Positions 10,753-22,334 of a DNA stretch of 48,864 bases are shown here, in pieces (the first letter of the stretch is position 1; each line of letters starts with the position of its first letter). The notes beneath the pieces were generated by a model. That model was not told the origin of the DNA. It ran no database searches and saw only the letters and a list, made by a program, of their open reading frames with translations. The stretch lies in contig NC_068982.1 in the NCBI RefSeq assembly GCF_001194135.2, forward strand, positions 100,152,675 to 100,201,538. Reading direction: 5' to 3'. A program made the position numbers and the translations under genes. The stretch is from Octopus bimaculoides. Its lineage: Eukaryota.

Positions 10753-11949
10753 CTGGAGGAGCAAGTCGATATCGTCCAGTGTCATGAGTCACTGGACAGA
10801 TTGTCTTGTTAAATTGCTTGGAATTTGGTTTGGACTGGACTCCCAGACGGAGAAGAAATGGAGCGAGGTGACAGATAAGGTGGAGGCTCTAGTCTGGACT
10901 TGGTTCGGAAGGGCTCTGTCCTTGAAAGGGCGGAGGTGGTACAGGTGTTTATTGCATCTGTAATCACCTACCGCCTGATCATTGTTCCTTGCTCTGATTC
11001 ATGGCTAAACGAGTTGGAGCGCCTCGTTTTCCGCTTTCTGTGGAAAGGAGGAAAGCCACTTGTGAGGCACTCCATTTGCTGCCAGGAACCGCTAAAGGGT
11101 GGGTTAGAGATGCCCTGGCTAATGATGCGCAGACATGCGTTGAGGCTGAGGTATCTCTGGCACTACCTGGAAGGTGATAAGGTGTGGAATCTGCTGGTAG
11201 AGGAATTCTACCAGCCCCCTTGGAGAGATTCAAACCAGATTTCATTAAAAGACGTAACCTGACAAAAGGAGTGTCAACAGGCATTCGCGCTTATCCACAA
11301 GACAGGCAAGGCCGGCAGTGGGAATACCACCTCGGTTTTGCATAGAGGGCTGGTAGAGCATAAAAATGATGACGCCCTAGGAGGGGCTCTGGGGTTCGAT
11401 GAGAACCAACTTACCAATCTGTTTCAAAAAACTTTTAGGCCAGGGTATTTGGATAATTACCAAAAATCCCTGACCTGGCAGTGCTACAGGAATGCTTTAC
11501 CTGTTCACGATAAGTTATCCAGGCACAGGATGTCAGTGCCAACAACATGTCCAAGATGTGGGCTGGACGATGAAACTGCCCAGCACACTTTTGGACGTTG
11601 TTGGGAGCTGTCAGGCTTGATAATTTACGCTGAACACGTGTTGTCACATCTGGGAAGAGTACAGCTATCGGCTGAATTTATAATAAATATTGTACCGCCA
11701 ACTGGACTCTCGAAGGAAGGTGAGGTATGTTTTTTCTGTATAGTTGCTGTGTTGAGAGAATGTGTTTAGAAGACTAGACTGCAAGGACTCATGATGGGAT
11801 CCTTCATCACTGGCCCTGGTTTGCTACAATACTTCAGATATCATCTGAAGAGCAAGATAGGGTTGGAGAGAAGAATCCTGTCATTAAGTGTGTTTGAGGA
11901 AAGATGGAAGGCTGTGTTAAGAAACGTGGGTGCAAGTAACCCTACTTAA
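10748..11949 (+). pseudogene. 5'-truncated Tx1/L1-clade LINE ORF2 (post-RT region and C-terminal CCHC zinc knuckle), frameshifted
   Basis: GTWRSKS...VKLLGIWFG...W.GRALSLKGRAEVVQVFIASVITY...LERLVFRFLWKG...PLKGGLEMP and WQCYRNALPVHDKL...CPRCGLDDETAQHTFGRC (zf-RVT-type C-X2-C-X7-H-X4-C). Confidence 0.9.
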
Positions 11950-12136
11950 TTTGCATTGGAAAAAAAGGAAAGGGGTAGCCGCTGGGCCTAAAGGAAAAAG
12001 ACTATATAATATAAAATTAATTATTTCATTAAAATTTTAAATAAGGATCATTCGAACTCATATTAACTTTTTTGTATGTGTTGTCCTGTGCTGTACCATC
12101 TATGTGTGACACTTATTGTCTTAATAAAAAATTCAG

Positions 12137-12351
12137 CTAGCAAGCCATGCTACTCCAGACAATGACTCTGAAACTAGTCTCTGGATGCTGGCTTTGCTGG
12201 GTGGAGATGCTTGTCTCCACTTTGAAAACATAAGGACAAAGGAAATGTGTCAAGTCCAACAGGAAACAGTGTTTCCTAGGGCTAAATAACAGTAGCATTC
12301 TTCCCTTTTATGGGGCTGTCACATTAAGTTGACAACATGCTATCACTTTAT
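12137..12351 (+). repeat. Right arm of the inverted repeat; hammerhead core deleted
   Basis: Follows the Tx1 3' UTR and ttaataaaaaa. Retains UCCAGA, GAAACUAGUC and UCUGGA but lacks the 11 nt tgatgatgagc. Confidence 0.95.
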
Positions 12352-12532
12352 CGTGCTGCAACTGCATAAATCTCTTTGAGAGATGTAAAATATATTATTT
12401 CAACTAAGCATAAGTCTTTCCCCAAAGGGCTGTCATGGCTTCTTGTTTTCTGATATAGCCATTGATCAAAGGCCTTTATTTTACTTCTTTTTTTATCTCA
12501 TGAGAATCATTCTGCCCACACACATTTGAGTT

Positions 12533-12534
<2 letters not shown>

Positions 12535-12609
<75 letters not shown>

Positions 12610-12775
12610 GTGCGTGCGCGCGCGTGCATGGATCCAAGAATGGCGGAGTGACTAAGAAGCTTGTTTCACAATCATGAGATTCTGGGTTTGATACCATCTT
12701 CAAACAAGCATCTTTCACCATAGTCTTAGTTGAACTCAAGCCATGTAAGTGAAATTGGGTAGATAGAAACTGTGT
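12535..12775 (+). repeat. (TG)n microsatellite followed by a degenerate SINE family C head
   Basis: (TG)n at 12535-12625, then ggagtgactaagaagcttgtttcacaatcatgag. Confidence 0.6.
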
Positions 12776-14935
12776 GGAAGGCCACTGGATTGTACAAGCA
12801 ATTCAAAGGTCTGGCATTGTCACATATTGTGTTGTGCTGATTGCGCCTGGAAATAACATTAAGGCTACAAATGTTTGTGGAATACTCAGCCACTTTTATA
12901 TTAATTTAACAAGTAGTTCAAGTATGCTGGTCAAAACTAATGAAGGTTCCATCCTCAACAATTAATTGAGAACGAGAGAGAGAAAGAGAGAGAGAGAAAG
13001 AGAGAGAGAGTGTGTGTGTGTGTAAAAATATATTTTTTATGATGGTGATGATGGTACTGACATGATTTCAGATATTACAACTGTTGTTGTTGATGATCAT
13101 GATGATAGCCATCATGATGATCTTTATTAAGAAAATTGCCAATGACAATGTGTCAGTTATTTTCATGACGTGATTGCATTCTCTAACATATTGTGGTAAA
13201 CAGAACAAAAATACAATTAAAAAGGAAACAAACAAGCAAATAACTAATAAAACCAAGAACTAACAGTGCAAATACTAAAATTCAAACCACTCCACATCCA
13301 ACATAGCTCTTGGATAGACAAAGAATAGAAACACTGAAATTACTTACATTCATCTCAAAACTAGGTTCACTGTCTTTCACTAGGGCTTGACATGCCAACG
13401 CATTTACTTCTTTTGTATCCATAGTGGCTATAAATTGGTCTCTGTTCTTAAGATGTTTGCTTACATTTGAATGTTTGTATAACTATATATATATAGCTCT
13501 CTTCCGCTTTCTGTTTAAATGTACACACACATCTATATCCTGAAAATAATACAGTATGTCATAAAGAAACCTATTATAATTTGTTACTGAAATTTAGAAC
13601 ATTAATTTTTTTTTTTTAATTGTATTTGAAGCAAAAGAACAGAAGAAAATATCAATATACAGAAGTGACAACACCAAATTAATTATAATACGTATCTTTT
13701 ATAAACTCAGAAAAATGTAAACCTCTTCTGACATAGAGGTATGATAAACCGAAAATTTTTTATGTATAGGTTTGAATTAGCTGGCAATGTATACAAAGGA
13801 AACTAACACATTTCAAAACATTAATAAAAGCAAGGTTTGCATAAATATATTACAGAACATGCTTATAGAAATATTCGTGTCTCAAAAGTGAAATTTAATT
13901 TGTAGAAATAGTATTATAGAGTTCCTTTGGAGTGAGCAATATGGTGAGAGTAGACAATATCACTGAGTAAACTGAAAGGGAAATGATGTACATCATACAA
14001 GAAACTAGAGGAAAATATGACGTAGCAAACTGATTTCTTGTTCAGCGTAAATGTATTTTCTTAATTTAAGACTACTTGTAATAAGAGTTTGTAATGGAAA
14101 AATCTATTGGTACCTACACTACTGGCATTTGCTAAGAAAAAGAAAAGGGTGAAGCACACTTTATTCTCAACTATTTTACATAGCAAAAATAACTTAATGG
14201 GATAAGAGGTTAATAGGTAAGGATATCAAAGTAAGAAAACAAAATAATAAGAATTTATAGAAAATTATAAGAAATATATATAACTTACATTTAAAGTGAC
14301 AAGGTATTAAAATTTGATTTTATTATATATAATTTGATTTTTTTTTATATATAATACTAGAGGGTAGGTTTGATCTGGTATAACATTCCCTTCAACTGTA
14401 CCATATCCACAAACATATATAAGAAATTTATGGCAATTTTAGAAAAAAACTTCCCTGCTTCCCATAGATACAACAGAATTCTTTCCCGTAAGACAGTTAG
14501 AATCTCGTATTCTACCCTCCCGAATATGGGTACTATCATAGCAAGGTTAAATAGGAAGTATATAAAATCGGCAAGGGGTGTTAATAATAATAATATTACT
14601 GTCAACACTAGCTTAAACCCCTACAATGAAAATAATATTAATGGTGATGTAGGAATTAGAAACAGCAGTACTAACATATCTAATATATACAATATAGACT
14701 GTAACTCCGAGGTTTATACTAGCACAGAGACTACTGACATGCCTGTTGATGCTGAGATGAATTTGAATACTACAGTTGAAGGAAGTATAAATAATAACAG
14801 AAATAAAAATAATACATACGATAGTAGTAGTAGGATTAATGACAATAATGATGATGATGATCATAATAATAAGAAGAAGAAGAAGAAAAATAATAATAAT
14901 AAGAAGAAGAAGAAAAATAATAAGAAGAATAATAT

Positions 14936-15885
14936 TGATGCGACGACCGAAAATACAGTTTGCATTATATCCCTATCTCCCGGGCTGGGTTTTGAACCCG
15001 TACTCTGGTCAGTTGGGGACAATGGTATTTCCTTTGTCTCGTCGGCGACCACAGNNNNNNNNNNNNNNNNNNNNNNNNNNNNNNNNNNNNNNNNNNNNNN
15101 NNNNNNNNNNNNNNNNNNNNNNNNNNNNNNNNNNNNNNNNNNNNNNNNNNNNNNNNNNNNNNNNNNNNNNNNNNNNNNNNNNNNNNNNNNNNNNNNNNNN
15201 NNNNNNNNNNNNNNNNNNNNNNNNNNNNNNNNNNNNNNNNNNNNNNNNNNNNNNNNNNNNNNNNNNNNNNNNNNNNNNNNNNNNNNNNNNNNNNNNNNNN
15301 NNNNNNNNNNNNNNNNNNNNNNNNNNNNNNNNNNNNNNNNNNNNNNNNNNNNNNNNNNNNNNNNNNNNNNNNNNNNNNNNNNNNNNNNNNNNNNNNNNNN
15401 NNNNNNNNNNNNNNNNNNNNNNNNNNGTTAAATGCTTCTAAAAGAAAGGAAAAGAAAAGAAATACAAAAGAAAGAAGCAGAAGAACTTTGTTGTCAAATG
15501 AAACTTGAGACACGAACTTTGCGATGTAAAAATGATTGAAAAGCTTGTAATTGTTTGGAAACTTTGTCAACGTTATTGAACTGTCATGCCATGTATTGGA
15601 ATTGTTATTATGTAATGCTCTATTCTAATGTTTTAAATGTATTCTGTGATGTTATGTATGTAAAAAGAAAAGGTTACCCAACGCATGGTCTTCGTGTTGT
15701 TTCTTCCTCCCATCCTTTTTGCCTGTGTTGTTCTTCGTTACGTGCTCCAGCCGGGGCTTTATTATTATCGGTCAGGGTGACCGACAGACGAGTTGCTAGC
15801 TCACTGAGCGTACGAGTGTTCGCGAGCGCGTGCAAGTCCCCTCTTCGGTGTTAAGGAGGTGCTTCGCGTGCGGGCGTTCGTAACA
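14936..15885. mobile_element. Probable solo LTR (or gap-collapsed LTR retrotransposon) inserted in the PLE linker
   Basis: TG...CA ends (TGATGCGA...TCGTAACA, imperfect terminal inverted repeat). 4-bp TSD ATAT at 14932-14935 and 15886-15889. CpG-rich relative to the flanks. Contains the 372-N gap. Confidence 0.6.
15055..15426. other. Assembly gap (others: 7510-7519, 9070-9169, 17805-17814, 38113-38122, 39270-39834, 45456-46046)
   Basis: Runs of N. Confidence 1.
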
Positions 15886-18419
15886 ATATCAATAGTAGTA
15901 ATTGTCCTGGTTGCAATTGTAGAGTTAAATCCCACTGTCTGTTATTAGGCTGATGTCTAATCCAAAATGTAATTTATAAATGTACAATCATAACTGAGGC
16001 TTGCAACTTTATATATATAGGATGTTCGATAAATATGAAACAAAACGTATCATTAACCATTTTTCATCTTTTAGACTCAAACATAAAGCCAATTGTAAAT
16101 CCTTATCTAGCAAGATTTGGGAACTGAAGGAAAGCGGGATCAAATTTAGCTTTAAATAGGATATAATATGGAAAGCGTAGTCTTATAGAGATAATTGATA
16201 CGAATGTGAGCTGTGCTCTATGGAAACTTATGAGATTTTTAAGTATAGGGACAAGAACCTGATTAATAATAGATTAGATCTAAGGGTATCATGCGTACAT
16301 AGCGTCACCCATACATTTAGGTATTTTGAAATTACCGATAATAGGTGTCATACTTGAACTTTGATGGTGAAAATTAATTTTGATGTTGTATCTGTTGTAA
16401 ACTTACCCTCTAGTATTATATATAATAAAATCATGGGATATTGAGTTATATGGCGAATTAAATTGCATTGCATATGTTATAAGATATATGTTATGGTATG
16501 TGGTATGCTATATGTAATTACTATCCCATGAAAACTCCTGCCTAGTTAGTCTGACTTTATCATGTTTTTGGTGATTACACTATTTGTTCCTTTCTATGAT
16601 GTTCTACCCTACTGATCATATTATGTATATTTGTAATGGCTTTTATGTAAGTAAGTCTCCTAATTATATATCCCCTAGAAACTATAAAATCATATATGTA
16701 ATAGTACCTGTAACAGTGCAACTTATGAAATCACTTCGGTTGGAATACCTCCAACTGCCCTCACTACTTCCATACCTACTACCTCCTCTTTTAAGGTTAC
16801 CTTCATCTCTTCCCTACCTCAAATTTTAACATCCATTCCCTTTAAATGTAAGTTATATACATTTCTTATTTTCTATAAATTCTTATTATTTTGTTTTCTT
16901 ACTTTGATATCCTTACCTATTAACCTCTTATCCCTCAAAGTTGTTACTGTTCTTAAATAGAGATCTTTCACTTCATTTTTCTCCAATCTCCACACATCTT
17001 TTGCATTCAATGCATATATTCCATTAGCACAATCAACATAAAACTGACACTGCTCAAAGAGATAATAGTACTTTGAACGTTTTCAATTCTGTTCTTATTC
17101 TGAGTAGTATGCTTTCAGAACACCCACCTCTGCAAATAATTAGGAATTCTAGGAGACAGAAGCCATCAACTACTTCAATGGAACCAGCCAAGCATTAAAA
17201 AGAATTGTTTTTTTTTTACTAGCTCTGATTGCTAACTACTCATTTACATCTGCCACATACTAAGTCTTTATTCACCCTCAGCTTGTCTATGAAGAAAAAA
17301 TAACAACAACAATGATGAAGATAATGATGATGATGGTATGGGGGCGGTTAGTGATGATGATGATGATGATGATGTCTATTGGAGATTCTTGCCTTGTGTA
17401 AATCTTGATATTGTCTAAGTGATCAAAACCAACAAACTATCAGTATCTCAATATAAAATTTATTTGTACTCCTGTTCAGACAAACAATCAAACGGGTTCA
17501 TATATCTAACAAGTTATAAGCAATTAAGAAGACAAACTTCAAATTATTTTTCATTAATCTTAAAACAGACCCAAACTAGAAAAAAATGTTCACTTCTCAT
17601 ATAATCTGATTTTAATCTTCTTTTGCTTTCCACAACTATGATAATGATGGTGTTATTGTTGATGATGATGAGGAGGAGGAGGATGAAAATGATGATGATG
17701 AGGAGGATAATAGTTACACCAGCCATTGTGTCTCGTTATTGTGATCGAAATCAGTCTTAGGTCAAGCAAACACATTTATACCAATTCTTCATTAAAATAT
17801 ATTANNNNNNNNNNACTTTCTTCCAATATCATTCACAATGTGTGTGTGTGTGTGTGTGTGTGCGCGTGTGCATGTTCTTTGCTGAAGAACTAGTGACATG
17901 TTAGGTGAATGTGGTGGGTGGGGGACAACTTTAGGCTAACAGGCCACTGAATTTGAATAAATATACAAACTCTCACACAGACACTGACATACATGCACAG
18001 ATGTACACCAAGTTACAATCATTATTATCGAGGCTTTAATGTATGCTTGTTTTCTCTCAACGCCAGTGGTATACATTGATTTAGTTTTATAGTAGCAATG
18101 CAGACCCATAAAATATTCTTAAATGTGCCAACCATATAGCATATCTCTATTTATCTCAGTCATTCATCACTCTATTTTTCCCCATAAGATCAAAGATCTC
18201 ACTCTGTTATTAATAGCACACTACATAACCTATACTTTTTTCATCCACTATTCATTTTGCCCAGCACTCTATCAGTTCTACAACCCACCACTCTGAGTGA
18301 AGACAAAATATAACAATGGGTGTCATTCAAATACTTTTCTTAAAGAGTTTTTTTTTTTTTTTAACATCATCATCATCATCATCGTTTAACCTCCGCTTTC
18401 CATGCTAGCATGGGTTGGA

Positions 18420-19390
18420 CTCATCTCCTCCAAAATAGTCACCTTGCACAGCAATGCACCAGTCCCAGGGGTCCTGCCACTTTTGGCCTGGAAGTTATTT
18501 TCTGTAAGCAAATCAAAGACCTTCTGCAATTTGGTCTGGATTTAAACAATGGCATTAAAACACCTATCCTTGAGCTGCATTTTCATCTTGGGGAAGAGAT
18601 GGAACTCCACAGGTGCTAAATCTGGCAAATAGCTAGAAGTAAGGGTGGGGGTGGCACCACTTTTGGGTCTGCTGTAGGCAACATATGTTTTTTGTGGGGG
18701 CTCAGGTGTAGCAAACTGAAGGGCCACCCTGGGTAGTACACACTTTAGCTATACTAGTGGTTAATAGGATGGATGCAGAAGTGATACCATGTTGTTTTCG
18801 GCAAAAAACTTACATGTGAGGAGAACTCAGTGACAGGGTGCATTGTCGTCGTGAACAATCCAATTCTTCACACTCCACAGATCCGGTCACTTTCACCAAA
18901 TGTCTTCTCTCAAACACTACAAAATGTCACAGTAGAACTTTTGATTGATGATTTGGCACTGGGGGATGAATTCTCAATGCACAATACCTCATTTCTGGGT
19001 GTGACACTCATGGCAACTGTCATTTCTAGATTGCTCGTCGTTTTCCAGGGATGTTCTTTTGATTTTTAAGTGCCTGTGCCACTCAGAATATTGCGTATGA
19101 CCCATTGGCTCGTTGCCATAAGCTTGCCATAAGCATGCTCAATGTCTCTGTAGCAAACTTCCCAAGTTTAACGCAAAATTTTACATTGACGCTTTGTTCC
19201 TGTCCATGATAAAATCACAGACTACAGCATACATGTGATCACAAAAACATAAATTTCACAACTTGTGACAGTGATGCCACTTGGCACATTGCCTCATGAA
19301 GGTCACTGCTAGCTCTCACTTCACACACAACTGTGTGCTGCCATCTGTTGACAGGCTGCAGAACTAGTCCAGAAATTTTTTATATCACTT
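18420..19390 (-). pseudogene. Internally deleted, decayed mariner element
   Basis: Minus-strand translations: EQSVNVKFCVKLGKFATETLSML; NWIVHDDNAPCH; YLPDLAPVEFHLFPKMKMQLKDRCF. TIR-like end at about 19360-19388. Confidence 0.85.
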
Positions 19391-19399
19391 GCATATCAC

Positions 19400-19600
19400 C
19401 ATTTTATGTCCCCTTTCTTTGCTAGCATGGCTTGTATGCTTTGATAAGATCCAGCAGACCAAAGGATTACGACTTGCTCCCATGTCACTGTTTTAGTATG
19501 GTTCTTATAGCTGGCTGCCCTTCCTAATGCCAACTACTTTATATAATGTACTGGGTGCTTTTTTGCATGGCACCAGCACTAATAAGGTCACCTTACAAAT
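19400..19600 (-). mobile_element. SINE family D, degenerate
   Basis: ttgctagcatggcttgtatg...ggctgcccttcctaatgccaactac. Confidence 0.6.
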
Positions 19601-20669
19601 TACAAGACTCAACAGCCCCTCAATCCAATCACATATCTTCCCCTTTCAAGGGTACATGTAGAAAAAGCTTGTTAATTAATGGTACTTCATCTGACCAGTC
19701 TGACATCAGTTTCTTGCTCAAACGCCATTCTTTCTGCATTTAGTTGATCCAGCAGGAAAGTTTTAACAACATACACTTGAGTGAATTGGCCACAGACCTT
19801 CTGTCTATATTGATGGACTCCCTTTTGGCAATCTTTTGGACAAAATGAAGTGCACCTTAACCTTACTGTCCAATGAGTTGCTTAATTATCATTTTTGTTT
19901 GAAAGTAATGGCAAGCATAATTATGATGAAAAAGTAGATGAGAAAATGATGACAATGCATTGGGTGAACTTCGTGTATTTTGTCCAATGATTGGGTTTTG
20001 TTAATGAAAAATATGTAGAAATATCCAGTTACTAAGGAAACAATTCCATCATAACAGGAGGAAACCAGCTGTGAACATTTCCAAAGTCTTTTCTCTCACT
20101 CAGCCAGTCATCTCTATAACTTGGTTTGGAAATCAAATGTTCCTGTACAGTCTAAATCCATTGAACACTTTGATGATACTGGTGTAGAGAATTTAGCTTT
20201 GGATCAAGGGTTCAAGAGGCACCTAAATTTTTCATGTCGCACAAATTCTCCCAAAATGTACTTTTAAAGAATAAAACTCAATAAGCCAATAGCTGTACTT
20301 ATTGCTGTTATTAAATTAGGAATATTTTATGGGCCAGCATTGCTACTATAAAACTAAATCAATATTTTGTACCAAAACATATTATCCCAGCCTGCGTCAC
20401 CATTATCATCGTCTAATTAAGAACTCTGCTACTTCATTTGAGGTACATCATTATCATATTCAACAGACTCAAGTCATTCCTCAGAATACATTTTATCAAA
20501 CTTCCCAATTATCTTTGGTTATGAGAACTAGATTGTTGTCACACAGGAGTTCCTACAGACAACCAATCTCAACCAAACTATGATACATGAGAAGAATGAT
20601 AGATGGATGAAAAAGTATCAAATGATGCAAATAGAAAGAGGCTGTAGAAGAGGAAGATATGGATACAAG

Positions 20670-20781
20670 TGGTGAGATTTGATCTCAGGATAGTGAGATT
20701 TGATCTCAGGATGGTGAGATTTGATCTCAGGATGGTGAGATTTGATCTCAGGATGCTGAGATTTGATCTCAGGATGCTGAG
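20670..20781. repeat. 21-bp minisatellite x5.3, each unit containing the palindrome TGAGAT-ttg-ATCTCA
   Basis: Units t(g/a)(g/c)tgagatttgatctcagga start at 20670, 20691, 20712, 20733 and 20754, with a partial unit at 20775. Confidence 0.95.
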
Positions 20782-21377
20782 CTTCACACTGACGATGAAA
20801 AATGATCATGACAAATGGAGAGTTACTGCATTGAATGGACTTGTTCAACTCATGTAAGCATACAAAAGCAGATGTGATTATAATGATGATAATTTGACTA
20901 TATTTTCTCTAATTTGAATATTTTGCCTCATAATATTTGCATGAAATAACTAAAATCACCTGACAAACTAACAAACAGCTTCATTTTGTTTCATAAGGTG
21001 TTTTTGTTTTTAGAAAAAATATATTTCACTGTTGAAAATATTTCCATTAGCAACAAAATATTTTTTTTTAAACTGTTTAGACTCTAAAAAAAAGTTCAAA
21101 CCCAAAAATCTAAAAAAACAAAAACAAACTACAAAACAGAAGACAAAACTGACTGTAGTAAGCATAGTTTCTACTTGAAAGGATTTTTTCTCTGCCAAAT
21201 TCTTATAATACACAAATTTGGCAACCATTATCACAAAAGGGTTAGATATAGGTCAGTAATTGTTTCAATGAGTATTTTAGTTACTTGATCCTGTTGCTAA
21301 CTATAGATGTTATAAAATATGAAATTACAATAGTGCCAAGGGTATGGATGTGTGCTGAAGTTTCTAGTACTAGTTAC

Positions 21378-21945
21378 GGATCTTTTTTAAAACGGGGGCC
21401 ACATTTTTCATTAACGAAACACTTTGAAACGTGGAACACTGGTAGAATGTGTCATATAAAACATCTTTTTCTCTTAGTCTTCTTAAAAAAAAAAGAAATC
21501 CATAAGTTATTCCATGCTAAAGTTGTCGTATTTCTGTAATTTCAACCAATCACTGACGTCCATTCAGCCGATATACATTAAGTGCCGACTACATAAACAA
21601 ACGATTCTGAAACAATTAACTCTAACCCTAACCCTAACCGTAGGGTTAGGGTTAAAGCAAATTTAAAATGAAAAAAGCAAATAAAACGAAGGTATGAAGA
21701 TTAAATACGCTTTACATTGCTTAATCAGCCAAAGGAGTAAATGTAAACAACTGAATACTTGTCAGTGATTGGTTGAAATTATCGAAATAAGACAATTTTT
21801 TACATGAAATAAATTCGAATACAAAAATATTTTTCTGTTCTATAACACAAAATAGATAAGTATACGAAGTTTGAAAGTCTTTCTGTACCAAAAACACTAC
21901 ATAAAACATTAATGAAAAATGTGGCCCCCATTTTAAAATAGATCC
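21378..21945. mobile_element. Non-autonomous DNA transposon (Merlin-like: GG-initiated TIR, 8-bp TSD) with a central telomeric-repeat hairpin
   Basis: TSD ctagttac at 21370-21377 and 21946-21953. About 36-bp TIR ggatctwttttaaaaygggggccacatttttcattaa. The superfamily call is inference from TSD length and the GG start. Confidence 0.8.
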
Positions 21946-22334
21946 CTAGTTACAGACAAAGTGATTTCCTTTCAATATGACGAGCCAAATGCATAATCTG
22001 TGTCTCAGAAATATAACACGGAATAAAGTAGCATACATTGACAATAAAGTGAGAAATTTTGAGTGAGAAACTAAGAGCAATAATTGAGAAAATAACTGAG
22101 TTATTGGCCGATAGCATCATCACCATCAAAACTGGAAAAGTACTGCATACATATGGACACAAAGGATAAAAGTCTTTTATGAAGCAATACTATAGTAGAT
22201 ACATAAAAAATGAACATGAGAAAGTTCAAAAAGGAAGTGAAGAGTGAATACAGGGATAAATTATCATCATCAACATTGTCATCATTGTTGTCATCATCAC
22301 TATCATTATAACATCCACTTTTCTATGCCTACAT

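Larger units (their letters stand above)
14358..16330 (+). mobile_element. Penelope-like retroelement, 5'-truncated: RT C-terminus, Asn-rich linker and C-terminal GIY-YIG endonuclease; interrupted by an LTR
   Basis: IWYNIPFNCTISTNIYKKFMAILEKNFPASHRYNRILSRKTVRISYSTLPNM (PLE post-RT motif). After 15886: CPGCNCRVKSHCLLLG*CLIQNVIYKC...YIGCS...NHFSSFRLKHKANCKSLSSKIWELK...CELC...SCVH. Confidence 0.85.

Noticed and set aside
16330-16370. Possible degenerate hammerhead just after the Penelope ORF (ccgataa-t-aggt-gtcat-actt-gaac)
   Set aside because: The position is as expected, but the core has several mismatches and no convincing stem I or NUH triplet.
17040-17300. Possible CR1/L2 RT remnant (TY*VFIHPQLVY resembling YK.FIRP.LEY)
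   Set aside because: A single short degenerate motif is insufficient.
20670-20781. CRISPR-like appearance of palindromic repeats
   Set aside because: The units are contiguous with no unique spacers, there are no cas genes, and the context is eukaryotic.
21616-21655. Interstitial telomere / chromosome fusion site
   Set aside because: Only 2-3 repeats per side, and they lie inside a TSD-flanked transposon.
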